Virus record (IMG/VR): IMGVR_UViG_3300045988_092736
Coordinates: 43,380 to 107,379 of that record
DNA from: a virus
Strand: one strand, 5' to 3'
Length of the DNA: 64,000 nt
The position numbers and the translations under genes are program-made. The notes beneath the pieces were generated by a model. It saw only the letters and a list, made by a program, of their open reading frames with translations, did not search any database and was not told the origin of the DNA. Of this stretch, positions 63,808-64,000 are shown piece after piece. Every line of letters begins with the position of its first letter. The stretch's first letter is position 1.

Positions 63808-64000
63808 GGTTCAATATTTTGTGTAAGCATTTCTCTGTTCTTTGCCATTGCATCATGGAAGCCTATATCGTATCTGTCGGTCTGCTCCAGCTCATAGTTC
63901 CGCTTTATAAGTTCACTTGTCTGATACGAACTCTTTGCTAGTTGAATTTTAAAATAGATAAACTCAACAAACATAACCATAAAGCAGATAGCAAAGCCTA

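Noticed and set aside
1-64000. CRISPR arrays
   Set aside because: The repeated elements found are promoter/leader cassettes and junction motifs, not regularly spaced direct repeats with unique spacers.
1-64000. Global stop-codon reassignment (TAG or TGA recoding as in some Bacteroidetes phages)
   Set aside because: Plus-strand ORFs tile the window contiguously under the standard code, with TAG, TGA and TAA all used as terminal stops. Only one in-frame TAG was noticed (6211-6213), reported separately.

Overview
The window is dense, almost entirely plus-strand coding sequence, typical of a large tailed phage or prophage with a Bacteroidetes host. Many intergenic regions carry the Bacteroidetes sigma-A consensus (TTTG ... 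TAnnTTTG, here repeatedly 'TATCTTTGCA'). GC content is low by eye, roughly 38-40%. No terminase, portal or integrase falls in the window, so the element is larger than 64 kb.

Recognisable content:
- Structural genes: a 2324-aa coiled-coil tape-measure-like protein, a scaffold-like protein, a putative capsid protein and a putative tail-tube protein.
- A 5-tRNA cluster (Glu, Gln, Tyr, an unusual Cys-like tRNA, and Lys) with its own promoter.
- Nucleotide metabolism: ThyX, dUTPase and RNase H.
- A DNA-methyltransferase island: one C5 methyltransferase and two tandem paralogous N6A/N4C methyltransferases, with free-standing HNH and HNH-AP2 endonucleases.
- Two lysogeny-type control modules: minus-strand XRE repressors with repeated operator-like motifs.
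- Several candidate accessory systems: an RlmN-fold radical-SAM gene, a second radical-SAM gene and a SAM methyltransferase; an amidoligase with a class-II glutamine amidotransferase; a DUF2829/Tad2-like small protein; two ASCH/PUA-like proteins; and a GNAT acetyltransferase.
- Many small moron genes in paralogous families (YopX-like, DUF551, DUF1653, and several unnamed families). Two paralogous regions, about 5.4-7.7 kb and 55-59 kb, share conserved inter-gene junction motifs.

Repeated promoter-plus-leader cassettes, conserved leader hairpins and an in-frame TAG inside a family member are also noted. All functional calls rest on motif recognition by eye. No database search was run.
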